A stretch of 64,000 nt of DNA from Macrostomum lignano (Eukaryota): the NCBI GenBank assembly GCA_002269645.1, contig NIVC01000094.1:124001-188000 (forward strand), read 5' to 3'. The position numbers and the translations under genes are program-made. This document shows, in pieces, positions 48,701-58,241 of this stretch. The notes beneath the pieces were generated by a model, which saw only the letters and a program-made list of their open reading frames with translations, had not been told where the DNA came from and made no database searches. Numbering within the stretch: the stretch's first letter is position 1; each line of letters opens with the position of its first letter.

Positions 48701-51700
48701 TCACGCTGGTGTAAAAGTCGATGCCCTCGAACAGCGAGTCGATCTCGATGCTCGCCTGCGCTGAGCTGCTCAGAGTTCGCTTCGCTCGCTCAGCCGCTGT
48801 GCGCAGCCGCCTCACTGCTCGGGCGTTGCCGCTCATGTCCTTGCGGTACTTGCGCTTGAACTCCTGGATCAGGTGCTCCACCAGCCGGTTGTCAAAGTCT
48901 TCGCCGCCCAAATGAGTGTCACCGGCCGTCGATCGCACCTCGAACATGCTGCCCTCCGACACCGTCAGGATGGACACGTCGAATGTGCCGCCTCCCAGGT
49001 CGAAGATCAGAATGTTCTTCTCGCCGTCCAGGCTCTTGTCCAGCCCGTAGGCCAGGGCAGCCGCCGTCGGCTCGTTCACAATCCGCAGCACATTCAGCCC
49101 GGCGATCGCACCAGCGTCCTTCGTCGCTTGCCGCTGGCTGTCGTTGAAGTAGGCCGGCACCGTGATCACCGCGTCAGTCACCTTCTCGCCGAGGTACGCC
49201 TCCGCCGTCTCCTTCATCTTGGTCAGCACCATGGCCGAGATCTCCTCCGGGTAGAAGCTCCGCCTCTCGCCCATGTACTGAACCTCAATCTTCGGCCGCC
49301 CACCGTCGTTCGCCACCTTGAACGGCCACAGCTTCATGTCCCGCTGCACCGTCTCGTCGCTGAACTTCCTCCCGATGAGTCGCTTGGCGTCGAACACCGT
49401 GTTCTCCGGGTTCATCGCCACCTGGTTCTTTGCCGCGTCGCCCACCAGCCTCTCCGTGTCCGTGAAGGCCACGTAGCTGGGCGTGGTTCGGTTGCCCTGG
49501 TCATTGGCGATGATCTCCACTTTGCCTGCTTGGAACACGCCCACGCACGAGTACGTGGTGCCCAGGTCGATGCCGATTGCAGGTCCGTTGCTCCTCTTGC
49601 CCATGATGCTTCTTCACTGAGCTGAGCTTGACTGAGAAAGAGGCTTCTTCACTGAGGAAGGCTTGTCTTGCTTTGGATGCTTCTGGATTGCTTTGGTTGC
49701 GATCCGAACTGCTTGCTCCTGGGCCAGCAGGACCGCCTGCTTATATAGATTGCAGCTCAGCTTCGAGAAATTTCCAGAATTCCCCATTCACGCCGTCACA
49801 CATTGGCCCTCTGCTTCGCTGTGCTATTTTTAGAATAGCCTTTCTGGAAAATTCTAGAATTAATTAAGAAATGAAATGTGTATAACTCCTGCGTTCAGCT
49901 ACTAATAGTAGAAATATGAACACAAGGCGTTCCGAAAATGCATATTTAAAGGATAAAATTTTCAATTCACTAATTTTCTTTGTTGAAATCCCCTACCGTC
50001 CGTGAAGCGCCGCGGAGATCATCCTCCGTGACGGTGACAGACGATTCCGCAGGCGCTTTGGGGGCCTGCTGTCGAACATCAGAGGTCGAAGTGCGCGCCT
50101 GGGGCTTGGCTGACTGCTGCAAATGAGAGAGATGGCACCATTGATTATGTAAAGACACGGGGACTCACGGTGCTTAAATTATTGTTTCCGGTGCAAGATC
50201 TTTTTAGACTTACAACAGTGATGAGACGAACTTGACTAGTTTTGCTTGCCGGCGAAATATTCACTGAAAATGAAAGCAACTTACTGCCCAAATTAACTTT
50301 GCAACGTGAAATGTGAAAGTCTCGTCCCATCCCGCCTCTCTCCCATCCCGCACCTCTCCCATCCCGCCTCTCTCCTATCCCGCCCCTCCCATCCCGCATC
50401 TCTCCCGCCTCTCTCCCATCCCGCCCCTTCTCTTATCCCGCCTCTCTCCCATCCCGCCCCTTCTCTTATCCCGCCTCTCTCCCATCCCGCCCCTTCTCTT
50501 ATCCCGCCTCTCTCCCATCCCGCCCCTTCTCTTATCCCGCCTCTCTCCCATCCCGCCCCTTCTCTTATCCCGCCTCTCTCCCATCCCGCCCCTTCTCTTA
50601 TCCCGCCTCTCTCCCATCCCGCCTCTCTCCCATCCCGCCTCTCTCCCATCCCGCCTCTCTCCCATCCCGCCTCTCTCCCATCCCGCCTCTTTCCCATCCC
50701 GCCTCTCTCCCATCCCGCCTCTCTCCCATCCCCGCCCCTCTCCCATCCCGCCTCTCTCCCATCCCGCCCCTCTCCCATCCTGCCTCTCTCCCATCCCGCC
50801 TCTCTCCCATCCCGCCCCTCTCCCATCCCGCCCCTCTCCCATCCCGCCTCTCTCCCATCCCGCCTCTCTCCCATCCCGCCTCTCTCCCATCCCGCCTCTC
50901 TCCCATCCCGCCTCTCTCCCATCCCGCCTATCTCCCATCCCGCCTATCTCCCATCCCGCCCTCTCCCATCCCGCCCCTCTCCCATCCCGCATCTCTCCCA
51001 TCCCGCCTCTCTCCCATCCCGCCTCTCTCCCATCCCGCCTCTCTCCCATCCCGCCTCTCTCCCATCCCGCCTCTCTCCCATCCCGCCTCTCTCCCATCCC
51101 GCATCTCTCCCATCCCGCCTCTCTCCCATCCCGCCTCTCTCCCATCCCGCCTCTCTCCCATCCCGCCTCTCTCCCATCCCGCCTCTCTCCCATCCCGCCT
51201 CTTTAACTAACGTCCCTAGCCTCCCCACCGCGGATCAAATACAAAGAATCCTCGTACCGCCATCCTCCAGTCGCTGCTGGCTGTAGACGGGGTCAATTCG
51301 GGTCAGCGGTCCAGAAGAGGCCGACTTTCCAGGCGCCAGCGGCTGCTTGGTGATTGGCAGCCGCTGCTGCTCCTGCTGTTGCTTTTGCTGCTGCTTCTGC
51401 TGCTGCTGTCTCTGATGCTGCTGCTTGGTCTGCTGAACGGTTGACCTCGATTGAACCCGAGCCTGCAGCAGACAGGTGGCTTGAGTGAATTGTGACTCTG
51501 GTGCCAGCTTACATATTTAGTTTCCGAGCCCCCAGCATCCCCCGCTTACGGCCGCGGCGGCGGCGGCGGCGGCTCTGGCGTCGCAGAAGCTTCGGACCCA
51601 GCGGACCAGGTTGAGGGTCTGATAGAGCGAGCCCGACATGATCTCTGCCGATGGGATGTTTTTATTGTGGGGGCGGTAATTTAATAAATAAAAATATTGA

Positions 51701-53430
51701 TAACAATAAATGACTCAAAAACTACCCATATTTTGCTGCCTAAATTGTCACCATCGTGTTTAGCATTGTTTGAAAAATTAAAGTTGTTAGTGAACTTTTC
51801 GTATTGTTGAGCTAAATTTCATTTTTAATTTGTGAAGACGGATGTCACTGGGGTTGTGAAGCCGGATGTGACTGGTGGTTTTGAAGCCGGATGTGACTGG
51901 TGGTTTTGAAGCCGGATGTGATTGGGGGTTGTGGAGCCGGATGTGACTGGATTTGTGAAGCCGGATATGATTGGGGGTTGTGAAGCCGAATGTGATTGGG
52001 GGTTGTGAAGCCGGATGTGATTGGGGGTTATGAAGCCGGATGTGATTGGGGGTTGTGAAGCCGGATGTGATTGGGGGTTGTGAAGCCGGATGTGACTGGT
52101 GGTTTTGAAGCCGGATGTGATTGGGGGTTGTGAAGCCGGATGTGATTGGGGGTTATGAAGCCGGATGTGATTGGGGGTTGTGAAGCCGGATGTGATTGGG
52201 GTTTTGAAGCCGGATGTGATTGGGGGTTATGAAGCCGGATATGATTGGGTTTGTGAAGCCGGATGTGATTGGGTTTGTGAAGCCGGATGTGATTGGGTTT
52301 ATGAAGCCGGATGTGATTGGGCTCATGAAGCCGGATGTGGTTAAGGTTGTGAAGCCGGATGTGACTGGGGACAGTGAAGTGGCTCCATGAAAAGCATCGT
52401 GCAAACCGCCGTCTCACCTGACGCACTGCTGCTGGGCTGAGTGGCGCCCATTCGGCACAGGTGAGTCACGCACAGGTCCAGGTTCGCTAGTCGAGCAGCT
52501 CGAGTCCCCGGCGACCGATTGAGACCATCGATTGGCTGATCGACTGGGGGATGAAGGAGGCAGAGCAGCTCAGAGGTTAACGCATCTGACCCTCTCGCAC
52601 CAGAGATTTTGGGACTCCTGCATCAAAAGCTTGTTGCACGACTCCCTTCGATGAGCGACAACCCGATGAGGGCGCAATCGTGCTCAGTGGTCAGCGGAAT
52701 GGGAATTCCTGCTTGCCTCTTCGCTAGCTGCAGGTGACTAGCTAACTGGTAATATACGAACCATGTGCCTAAGGACTAATTCAACAACTGACAAGCCATG
52801 CATTGGCATGCATTGAGTTTAAACCAGAGCGTCACTTACGCCGCTTCTCAACAACCAGAGGCAGCGACAGGCCGTCAGCCACAGCGGACTGCAGGCTGAT
52901 CGACTGAGGCCGGCGCGACTGGCCAGCCGAGCTGGAGGAGCCCAGCTGCGACAGGCTGGAGTTGAGCCAGGCCAGGTGACCCTGCGGTGGTGCACAGGCG
53001 GCAACGGTTAACTGCGCTGGTTAGAGTCAAAGGGCTGGTGCAGATTTTTTACCAGCAAATCGACAATATCAATCGAAAACTGAACAGGTTTGGAAGCAGA
53101 GAGTTGCTTTAGTTTTACCACAGCCAAAATACATTAAACGATGGAGAACAACTGAAACTGGTTGCTTGTCGGTCTCTGGTAGAATTTTTTACCATTTTTC
53201 TTGAGACACTTGCGAGTAACTCTTTAACAAAAACACGTGCTGGCTTAATTTGCAGTTCAAACGTCCAGGTGAGACGTCTACGGACTACGGATGTCTTCAT
53301 CCGTCTACGGACGTCTCACCTGGGGGGGCCTCACCTGGATCTCCGTAGAAGCGTTGCCAGACGAACCGGCCGGGCCCGACCTCAAAGGGTTGCGCCGGGC
53401 GTCCCACTGCGCAGCTGCCAGCCCGGTCAT
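33507..53430 (-). CDS. 11-exon gene for a ~666-aa low-complexity protein with a coiled coil and C-terminal SAM domain; exons 53430-53335, 52981-52840, 52543-52418, 51644-51550, 51462-51258, 50263-50214, 50116-49997, 47023-46911, 45263-44727, 34703-34395, 33714-33507
   Basis: All ten introns are GT-AG and phase-consistent, summing to 2001 nt with no internal stop; GC3-rich codons. The start codon and two weak donors (44726, 34394) are less certain. Confidence 0.65.
33860..34357. repeat. 15-bp minisatellite (cacacctgttcccct)n, about 33 units, intron 10 of the SAM gene
   Basis: Directly visible. Confidence 0.97.
34395..34703 (-). CDS. Coiled-coil exon of the SAM-domain gene
   Basis: [27 protein letters not shown] heptad pattern; acceptor tttcaactAG at 34704. 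Confidence 0.7.
35023..35247. mobile_element. Tc1/mariner-type MITE
   Basis: TA|CACCTTTTCACGTTCA ... TGAACGTGAAAAGGTG|TA, imperfect TIRs of about 85 bp, TA TSD. Confidence 0.8.
35434..35676 (+). ncRNA. HDV-like ribozyme at the 5' end of element copy 2 (one G fewer at the P2/P3 junction)
   Basis: Same P1, P1.1, P3, L3, P4, J4/2 (C at 35665) and P2 elements as copy 1; reads CCCAGGG instead of CCCAGGGG. Confidence 0.78.
35952..37457 (+). CDS. ORF1 (gag-like) of LOA-group element copy 2
   Basis: First ATG at 35952 (MAFEPTMDK); central domain similar to copy 1 ORF1 (TFAAKAK/SYASKVK, P.L.ASGLVYH). Confidence 0.85.
   Translation: MAFEPTMDKQAISRDGDPSKPQPQSEGPAGPAGRSQPTDSTVAKEGPAGSAGRSDQSYQTQNTLRPASSAGGSKGTASSEPKGPAKSGRSDEAQRARLERKRAKQRAKRQAKKGAAGAKAAASTMDAEATGVPRQPGGPAGGSSSSSAAALPGAAAAAAEAETTAQQMATANKEVPSGATFAAKAKAKIPGVIIQGRDQDWTTDQLQKVWSAVDSYLIELTVEEGISIGVERMVLRSTFVLIAPSSEEDARRLLQRLPTVSLDADLGGALFLREGQRPKTIPYVVFVPAKSTAAGPDVIRRVLLRLNPDLPASGLVYHRKVRRGETGNSIVLGLSSTWASRYPNGSSFQLGALKLKLRRGKSAKGKASANPGISGKSGAQSKAQGKAQADPKAKAASRPSASSSSATAVTAPAEPREPNLPVGEGVEDEAGSSESELSSATLVGSEGKDAGEEASSILSSEPEDSAGGAGGGEEAMDVDQLPSPSQAPAAWDEDDLLSKSP
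37496..41236 (+). CDS. ORF2: APE endonuclease, RT, RNase H and CCHC finger
   Basis: [44 protein letters not shown]...H...C. Confidence 0.96.
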   Translation: MTKLHAAKGATFCLQINLQHCVSASVNLMKIAELYRPGLILIQEPWMRNGKLPNIPSGYSDFYVCGPGNSRPRAAILAASHLQAWLRTDLSDGDLCVIQSNHFSPRTCLVASVYIPGDRDPAPESLLRLAQYCESQNAELCLGGDLNAHHKHWGSKDTNTRGEELLALISNTNLMLCNRGSTPTFNNGRWTEVLDATLATPRLFDRVKEWRVWSEEPSLSDHCFIAFNIADTKTQSPITWRRNIRNTDWAAYKAALDLHLQELTDLRPIETCEDVDHMAETLTGCIIAAYEAACPARAYRGKTSAPWWNPELGKLRRKAKSLHRRAMKTGNPEDMELFRQASRNFKSEVRKAKECKWRQFCNELDQDRPTSRLVKALTMDKMSKLAMIKKDDGSLTKDPEEVLQHMLSTFFPRVPTARPEPNHSMDGATLAAGIVTEDLIARAVRTFKPFKSPGPDGIYPVLLREAAKIPSFLRLTRNLMRASIQLGYVPKSWTEARVVFIPKPGKGDYQSVKAFRPISLTSAMLKLTERLILWRLLSCELTAMPLSNNQHAFRTGRSTDSALHAIVEKIERAVLGDGYALALFLDIVGAFDNVIFEAFQRALQNRKAHATLIRWIMYMISNRTVTAQLLGQTASTRVCKGGPQGGVLTPTLWNLVMDALLSDSRPDPVFKVGYADDVTAIVAGPSPSTLRDLMQSFIRKAESWANDNGLELSEPKTVAIMFTSRLRWNIRPLQLYGRDIAFAHQTRCLGVTLDHRLNWSFHVKAKAKRASAILAQLRRALGTSWGLSPKRLWWIYTSVVRPAITYASVVWVSATQVKSHADLLNTIQGRACRLICNATRSTPFAGMGAFLNLPPLDLFIRGEAARTTRRLIDAGVKFIYMRAPAKRNLVPHSDLCLNFLNECQANRVFTDGIASTLNLRQRYSVAIDSRDNINDHWNPGELHCYTDGSKQSANTGFGVGIFLNGRVIATHAQYTGVNSSVFQNEVLAISSCTAELLATGVTGKNIIFHSDSQAALHAISGCSTNSATVLDCIKLLNMLGSANKITLKWVPGHVGIRGNELADTLAKVGASGSSLGPEPLVPIPGCVIDSRIKAWIRTQHRSTWANRTNCRQSRGAVPQPSHQLRKLLLRLSRRDIRAATMTLSGHGCFSRHQYLQGNATNATCSFCNSGDETAEHFVSICPAFTRARLTYLGPHTSITEACKPENFNQLMRYLRATRRAELSFPESTIAAGDTGGPPWAAPTLRP
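41334..41640 (-). pseudogene. Small acidic ORF remnant interrupted by a TAA and by LINE copy 2; continues at 35433-35356
   Basis: Removing the LINE and one TSD restores ...[33 protein letters not shown] in a single frame. Confidence 0.5.
41859..44092 (-). mobile_element. IS630/Tc1-family DNA transposon with long (~325 bp) IR/DR-type TIRs
   Basis: TA|CACCATTTTACCCTCGC ... GCGAGGGTAAAATGGTG|TA; TIRs contain repeated AAACTCCGTTTCACTTT motifs. Confidence 0.92.
42442..43536 (-). pseudogene. Frameshifted DDE transposase (IS630/Tc1-like)
   Basis: HTH region, [15 protein letters not shown] (second Asp replaced by Glu) and [11 protein letters not shown], spread over at least three frameshifts. Confidence 0.88.
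44200..44570. repeat. 15/12-bp minisatellite (gatgagagagataat)n, intron 9 of the SAM gene
   Basis: Directly visible. Confidence 0.95.
44727..45263 (-). CDS. Pro-rich and Arg/Ser-rich exon of the SAM-domain gene
   Basis: Open GC-rich frame ([25 protein letters not shown]...PPPPPPPQF...RSSKRRHRR...), phase 2 at both ends. Confidence 0.75.
45280..46856. repeat. 20-bp minisatellite (ggctgatagctggatggcgg)n, about 75-80 units, intron 8 of the SAM gene
   Basis: Directly visible, with periodic longer variant units. Confidence 0.97.
47688..49604 (-). CDS. hsp70: Cytosolic heat-inducible Hsp70, intronless, nested in intron 7 of the SAM gene
   Basis: [22 protein letters not shown] and [14 protein letters not shown] signatures; C-terminal GPTVEEVD. 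Confidence 0.98.
   Translation of the reverse strand: MGKRSNGPAIGIDLGTTYSCVGVFQAGKVEIIANDQGNRTTPSYVAFTDTERLVGDAAKNQVAMNPENTVFDAKRLIGRKFSDETVQRDMKLWPFKVANDGGRPKIEVQYMGERRSFYPEEISAMVLTKMKETAEAYLGEKVTDAVITVPAYFNDSQRQATKDAGAIAGLNVLRIVNEPTAAALAYGLDKSLDGEKNILIFDLGGGTFDVSILTVSEGSMFEVRSTAGDTHLGGEDFDNRLVEHLIQEFKRKYRKDMSGNARAVRRLRTAAERAKRTLSSSAQASIEIDSLFEGIDFYTSVTRARFEELCADLFRQTMEPVERALRDAKMDKSSISEIVLVGGSTRIPKVQKLLQEFMGGRTLNKSINPDEAVAYGAAVQAAVLTGVKDEKIEDLLLLDVAPLSLGIETAGGVMTKIVERNSRIPTKATQTFTTYSDNQSGVTVQVFEGERALTRDNHLLGRFNLDGIPPAPRGVPQIEVTFDVDANGILVVSAKDKSTSKEEKITITNDKGRLSKDEIERMVRDAEKFREEDERHRERLAARNQLESLAFQYKQAANDCKDRLGEKEAGEVTAACDRVISWLENNQTADKDEIAEQQRQLSSLCSPLMAKLHQQQQPPPQGPQRAGRAGGPTVEEVD
49741..49748 (-). 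promoter_or_regulatory. TATA box of hsp70
   Basis: CTATATAA on the - strand, about 140 nt upstream of the ATG and just downstream of the HSE. Confidence 0.85.
49761..49780. promoter_or_regulatory. Proximal heat shock element (4 perfect inverted nGAAn units)
   Basis: cTTCg aGAAa tTTCc aGAAt. Confidence 0.92.
49841..49860. promoter_or_regulatory. Distal heat shock element (4 perfect inverted nGAAn units)
   Basis: tTTCt gGAAa aTTCt aGAAt; a CCAAT motif at about 49802-49806 lies between the two HSEs. Confidence 0.92.
50318..51200. repeat. 16-bp minisatellite (tcccgcctctctccca)n with a 33-bp variant block, intron 5 of the SAM gene
   Basis: Directly visible. Confidence 0.96.
51835..52365. repeat. 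25-bp minisatellite (tgaagccggatgtgattgggggttg)n, intron 3 of the SAM gene
   Basis: Directly visible. Confidence 0.95.
53265..53323. other. Hairpin: perfect 14-bp outer stem plus 7-bp inner stem, covering an alternative splice donor
   Basis: CCAGGTGAGACGTC / GACGTCTCACCTGG; inner ACGGATG-TCTT-CATCCGT. Confidence 0.8.
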
Positions 53431-54704
53431 TGGCAGCTGCAGACCTCAGGGCTCGGGGCCGACTGACAGGCCGCAGGTAATAAATAATATTTGACGGACT
53501 CCCCAGGCTGCAAAGGCGCTCGGTGTGGGGGTGATTATAATATTTTAAACATAACTGACAGGAGAATGAAGACACAGACAGATGCGCAGAGCACACAGCT
53601 GCAGGGTCAGTGAGTTGACAGAGCAGCGGGTCAGAGCTAGGAACAGCTGCAATAAGACTTCGGTTCTCAGCGAGCGGCAGCGCAGGACAGACTATGCTTG
53701 TGTGTGTTTAACGGCTAAGCCAAGGCCAACTCGGGGGACCTCCCGCTGAGAATATCGCGCTCCAGATGTGAGAGAGAAAACTGTTTGAGAACAAGAGAAA
53801 TAAAGACGCTGCCTCTTTGCTTCTGCGAGCGTGACCAAGTTTCTGCGCACCAATATTCCCTTAATACTGCCTCCACCTGCTCCCGGCCCAGTAGGGGGGG
53901 GGCGACTTTGTCCAATCATCGCCACTGAGGATGAGGCATTAAAGTCGCATAACGTGTGCATTTGTGGATTAGGCTGCAATAAAATATTGGCGGAAAAGTA
54001 TTACCAAAAGCAACAGGTGTGGCAATTGTCCATTGTCAACTCTCCAATCAATGTCTGCCCTGGGCACAGGGCCCAAACTGATGGTAACCAAAACCGTACG
54101 GTGACTCCAGATCAGATCCATGGCATCACTCGCACTGGCAACTGACTGAGTGACTGCAGCGGCTGACAAGCCACTGTAAGCTGGGGACCTCTCCCCATAC
54201 AGCTCTCCAACAATTGTTGAAGTTTGCCTTGAAGGCTTTGAGTTGCGGTATTCATTGAAAGCTAGCCGTATAGAGAGGAAATTCAGCTTCAAAAATCCCA
54301 TAGTGACAGCAGCTCAATTGCCAGGCGCAGCCACCTCCAGCAACACGCACTTAATTTTCTTTCACGCCACTCTCTCAGCGTCTGGCCATCAATAATAGAG
54401 GAAGAATGGGATCCCCATATCAAACAGGGAAATTTAACTAGCCCCATCTACGAGTACTGCATAGCCTGAGTAATGGAAATAACCGCGCCAGAGGCATTCT
54501 CCTCTTCCCTGCCATAGTAGACCAACGGTATAACAACACAGCATTGCAGAAAGTCCAACTTGATTCAACTCTAGAATACACGTACTGTTTACATCTCACA
54601 CAGAACTCAACCATTCAATTACGTGTATGAGCCTGATTTGACGATCCACTCTTTGGAATTCGAAAAATAATTGTTCCCACACAATTTCATAGTTCTTGCG
54701 ATAG

Positions 54705-54890
54705 CTCCTTGCGATTCTGTGAGGTCATTGTGATTCAGCCCGGTCGTGAGGTCCTTGTGATTCTGTCCGGTCGTGAGGTCCTTGAGATTCTGTGAGGTTA
54801 TTGTGATTCTGTGAGGTCATGAGGTCCATGTGATTCTGTTCGGTCATGATGTTCATGTGATTTTGTCCGGTCATGAGATCCTTGCGATTC
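54705..54890. repeat. Degenerate tandem repeat (gtgaggtccttgtgattct-like)
   Basis: Several imperfect units are visible. Confidence 0.7.
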
Positions 54891-55722
54891 TATTCAATCG
54901 TGTACTCGTAATTCTAAGAGGTTCTGCCTTGATGGGGATGTCTGAGCGTTGCTAGTCAACTGGTCCAACAAGTTATCCATTGCAGTCAGTTTGATCAGGG
55001 CATTAGGATGGCATCTATCCTCTTATGTCGATGGCTAATCCCATTAGTTCTACATGTATTGCAGATGATTATAGCCTGCCAGGCTTCTCAGTCAAGTGAA
55101 TTCTACTCGTGCGTATTGCTAACGCTTTCAACCTACAAAGCAAACAGCTCACATGCTCACACTTAGCGGCTGTAAACCACCTGGCTGCAGCGGAAGAAAA
55201 GCAGGCCAAACTCTTTTGTTCGGAATGCCAGACAATAACTGACAAGTGTCAACCCCATTCTGTCACGGGCCGTGCAAATTTTCACAGAGGCCAAGCATCA
55301 CCCTGCAACTGTTACAAGTCGTTAAACAAGCATGCGCTCTCCCAGTGCAGGTCCTCACTTTTCCCTAACTAAAGAATGGCTCAAATCTCTTTCACTGATG
55401 CACTTTAAGTCGCAATAGCAGTAGCAAGAGGTTGTGCAGAAAAATATCAGTTAGAATAGACATTTGCTAACTACACTACTGACTGGCAGTAGCAAAAATT
55501 AATGTCGCAAGCGTCTCGGTAAACATTATTAAACAAATTAGGATATAAAATGACGAAGACAAAAACGCGGCCATAAATCTTTTTCAATTTTGGTTATTTT
55601 TTTCCAATCAAGTTCAGCTATGGATACTCGCGTGTATTTTCTGCACCGCTTTGCACCGCGCGTTCACAGTTTAGTCTAGCATCAGCCTCAAGCCAGCGCC
55701 ATCCTCAGCTCTGAGGGCGGAT

Positions 55723-56181
55723 CTACTTCTTCTTGGACACACCGACGGTGCGGCCGCGGCGGCCGGTGGTCTTGGTGTGCTGGCCGCGCACTCGCAGGGT
55801 CCAGTAGTGGCGCAGGCCGCGGTGGGCGCGCACCCGCTTCAGCCGCTCGAGATCCTCGCGCAGCTTCGTGTCCAGCTGGTTGCTGATGACGTGCCGGTGC
55901 TTCATGTCCTTGATGTCCTTCTGCCTGTTCAGAACCCAGTGCGGGATCTTGAACTGCTGCGGGTTCATGATGATGGTCACCATCTGCTCAATCTCGTCGT
56001 CCGACAGCTGGCCGGCCCGACGGTCGCGGCCGATCCCCGCCCGCTTGGCAACCAGGTCCGAGTAGCGCCTGCCGACACCCTTGATGGAAGTCATGGCTGT
56101 GCGGGCCATGACCTTGCCGTCAATGTTGGTGTTGGAGATGCGGATGATGTGCTTGAAGTTGGCCGGGATGATCAGCGACAT
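55723..56181 (-). CDS. RPS18: 40S ribosomal protein S18 (uS13), intronless CDS, divergent
   Basis: 152 aa; [18 protein letters not shown] and [23 protein letters not shown]. Confidence 0.97.
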   Translation of the reverse strand: MSLIIPANFKHIIRISNTNIDGKVMARTAMTSIKGVGRRYSDLVAKRAGIGRDRRAGQLSDDEIEQMVTIIMNPQQFKIPHWVLNRQKDIKDMKHRHVISNQLDTKLREDLERLKRVRAHRGLRHYWTLRVRGQHTKTTGRRGRTVGVSKKK

Positions 56182-57256
56182 TTTGATGCTGGGCGCTGAA
56201 GATGCCGTTTATGGAACAGTATTAAAATTTAAAATTAAAATTCGCTACTCGCCTACTTAAATCCTAACAAAAGCAGTAGACTATATAGAACATACTTAAT
56301 ATCATGGTAGCGATCTTTCGAAAAAAAGTCCAAATTCTGTGATTCCTGTGAAAAATGATAATTTTGTACAAGGCACTTATACTGTTATGCCCTATCTCAT
56401 AGTTTTAACATTACATAAGAGTTCTGTATAGATTTCCCTAAACAAATATTTGAATTATTTAATTTTGTTAGAAACAAGGCTATCCAAACTCTCCAAAGAA
56501 TAATTGCAAACCTTAGTTTAAAAGGGTTGGATGAGATCTTTATTGTAAGGCTTACACTTATAAGATCTTTGTTTTTTGCTATTATGATCTAATTGGAGCT
56601 GTTGATTTGATGGGGGTAGGGTAGTAGAAATAAATGAATGTTGCTATTTTCAAAGTAAAGGGAAATTCCCTGGAATTTAGGACTCAAGCATCAACATAGA
56701 TTGTCAATACTACCTCTATTAAGGACTAATTAAGGTTGGGTAGTAGGGGCTATTAAGATGAATGTTTTCATTTTCAATGTAGGGAAGCTCTTAAGTTGGG
56801 AACTCAAAGACAGAGTTTTAATGCCATGTGCATATTGGGCTTGGGTGGTGGGGCTAAAGTTGAGATATATTTTTTCACTTTTAACATGAAGACTGAAAGA
56901 AGCTCTTAAGTTCCTAGAATTGGGACTCAAGCAACAAAGACAATAATGTTTGACACTACATGCCCTATAGGTTTGAATAGGGGAGGGGTGTCAAAGTTAA
57001 GACATGTTTTCATTTTCAACACAAAAGGAGATTTCAAGTCCTTAGGCCTAAGGTAAAAAGAATTAAACAAAACCCAGAATCTATCAATATAAGCTTATAA
57101 AGGGGAGCCCTAGTAGCCATGTATATAAATAATGTCATTTTGCTCAAAGTGACACCAGGAAGCTAGATTTAGAAAAGTTACAAAAACTAGACCTAGGATA
57201 AGAGAGAACAAGCAAGGAGACAATTAGAAACTCTACATTATGAGCTTAAGATTATA

Positions 57257-58241
57257 CGAGGGGTGTCCAAAAAGTAGTGATACTTTCAACTGTAGCTCTC
57301 GTTCTATAGCTTCCTGTGATTTAAAATTTTATGAACTGATAGCGGCAAATCTCTTCTACAGACTGATTTTTGAATTTTTAAAATTGATACCAGAGAACAA
57401 AAGTTATACCCATGAAAGTAACAGTACCTGTATCATAGAGTTACACAAATTATAGGCTGAGCTTCACGAGATCCATGCTGAGTAAGCTTCGATGAATTGT
57501 TGATTTCGGCTTGTCCAACCTGTCAGCGATCTCTCTAATGGTCATTCGGCAGTCCTCGTCAAGAAGATTCAGAATGGAGTCCGCCAGTACATCAGGTTGA
57601 TGAATGTATGGCCGCCCCATCCAATGCTGATCTGCCAAGTCAGTCCTTCCCTCGCTGAACTGCTCCATCCATCGATAAACTGTCATTTTGCTGACCACAG
57701 AGGATCCGTGCGCAGAGCAAAGTTTTGCGTGAATTTCTGAGGCACTATGGCCAGCACCCCAAAGAGTGAAGATAGTACTTTGCTGAGCAACAACTGAGTG
57801 CACATCCATGTGTGTTGTCGAGTATAGGCAATGAAATCAATTGCAAAATGCAAGCTCCTCTGTTTGCAAGTAAAGTAATGAATTTAATGCTTTATTTTTC
57901 GGCGCATGATTCTGTCCATAGACAAATTTCAGTCAGTCACAGTGAGCATCATTTTGCAATTGGGCTTTGGTATTGCTTAAACAAGACATTTATTGATGCC
58001 TTCTTAATGAATAAGTGCAGAAGTCGACTATCATAAATTTTGAAATAGTTTATGTAACTCTATGATACAGGTACTGTTACTTTCATGGGTATAACTCTTG
58101 TTCTCTGGTATCAATTTTAAAAATTCAAAAAGCAGTCTGTAGAAGAGATTTGCCGCTATCAGTTCATAAAATTTTAAATCACAGGAAGCTATAGAACGAG
58201 AGCTACGGTTAAAAGTATCACTACTTTTTGGATACCCCTCG
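57257..58241 (-). mobile_element. Internally deleted mariner element with ~190-bp TIRs
   Basis: TA|CGAGGGG ... CCCCTCG|TA; ORF 57450-57809 encodes only the N-terminal HTH part of a mariner transposase (TVYRW..QF.EGR...GRP, MTIREIA). Confidence 0.92.

Noticed and set aside
47631-49625. 377-, 295- and 250-aa + strand ORFs
   Set aside because: Antisense open frames over the high-GC3 hsp70 coding sequence.
53340-53460. Possible second-type HDV-like ribozyme (hairpin followed by CAGA)
   Set aside because: P1, P2 and P3 could not be assembled in the right order, and the region is better explained as the first coding exon.
53690-54700. Possible solo LTR or degraded RNase H (VCPGHRAQTDGN)
   Set aside because: No TG...CA ends, TSD or further motifs; it may simply be the promoter region of the SAM gene.
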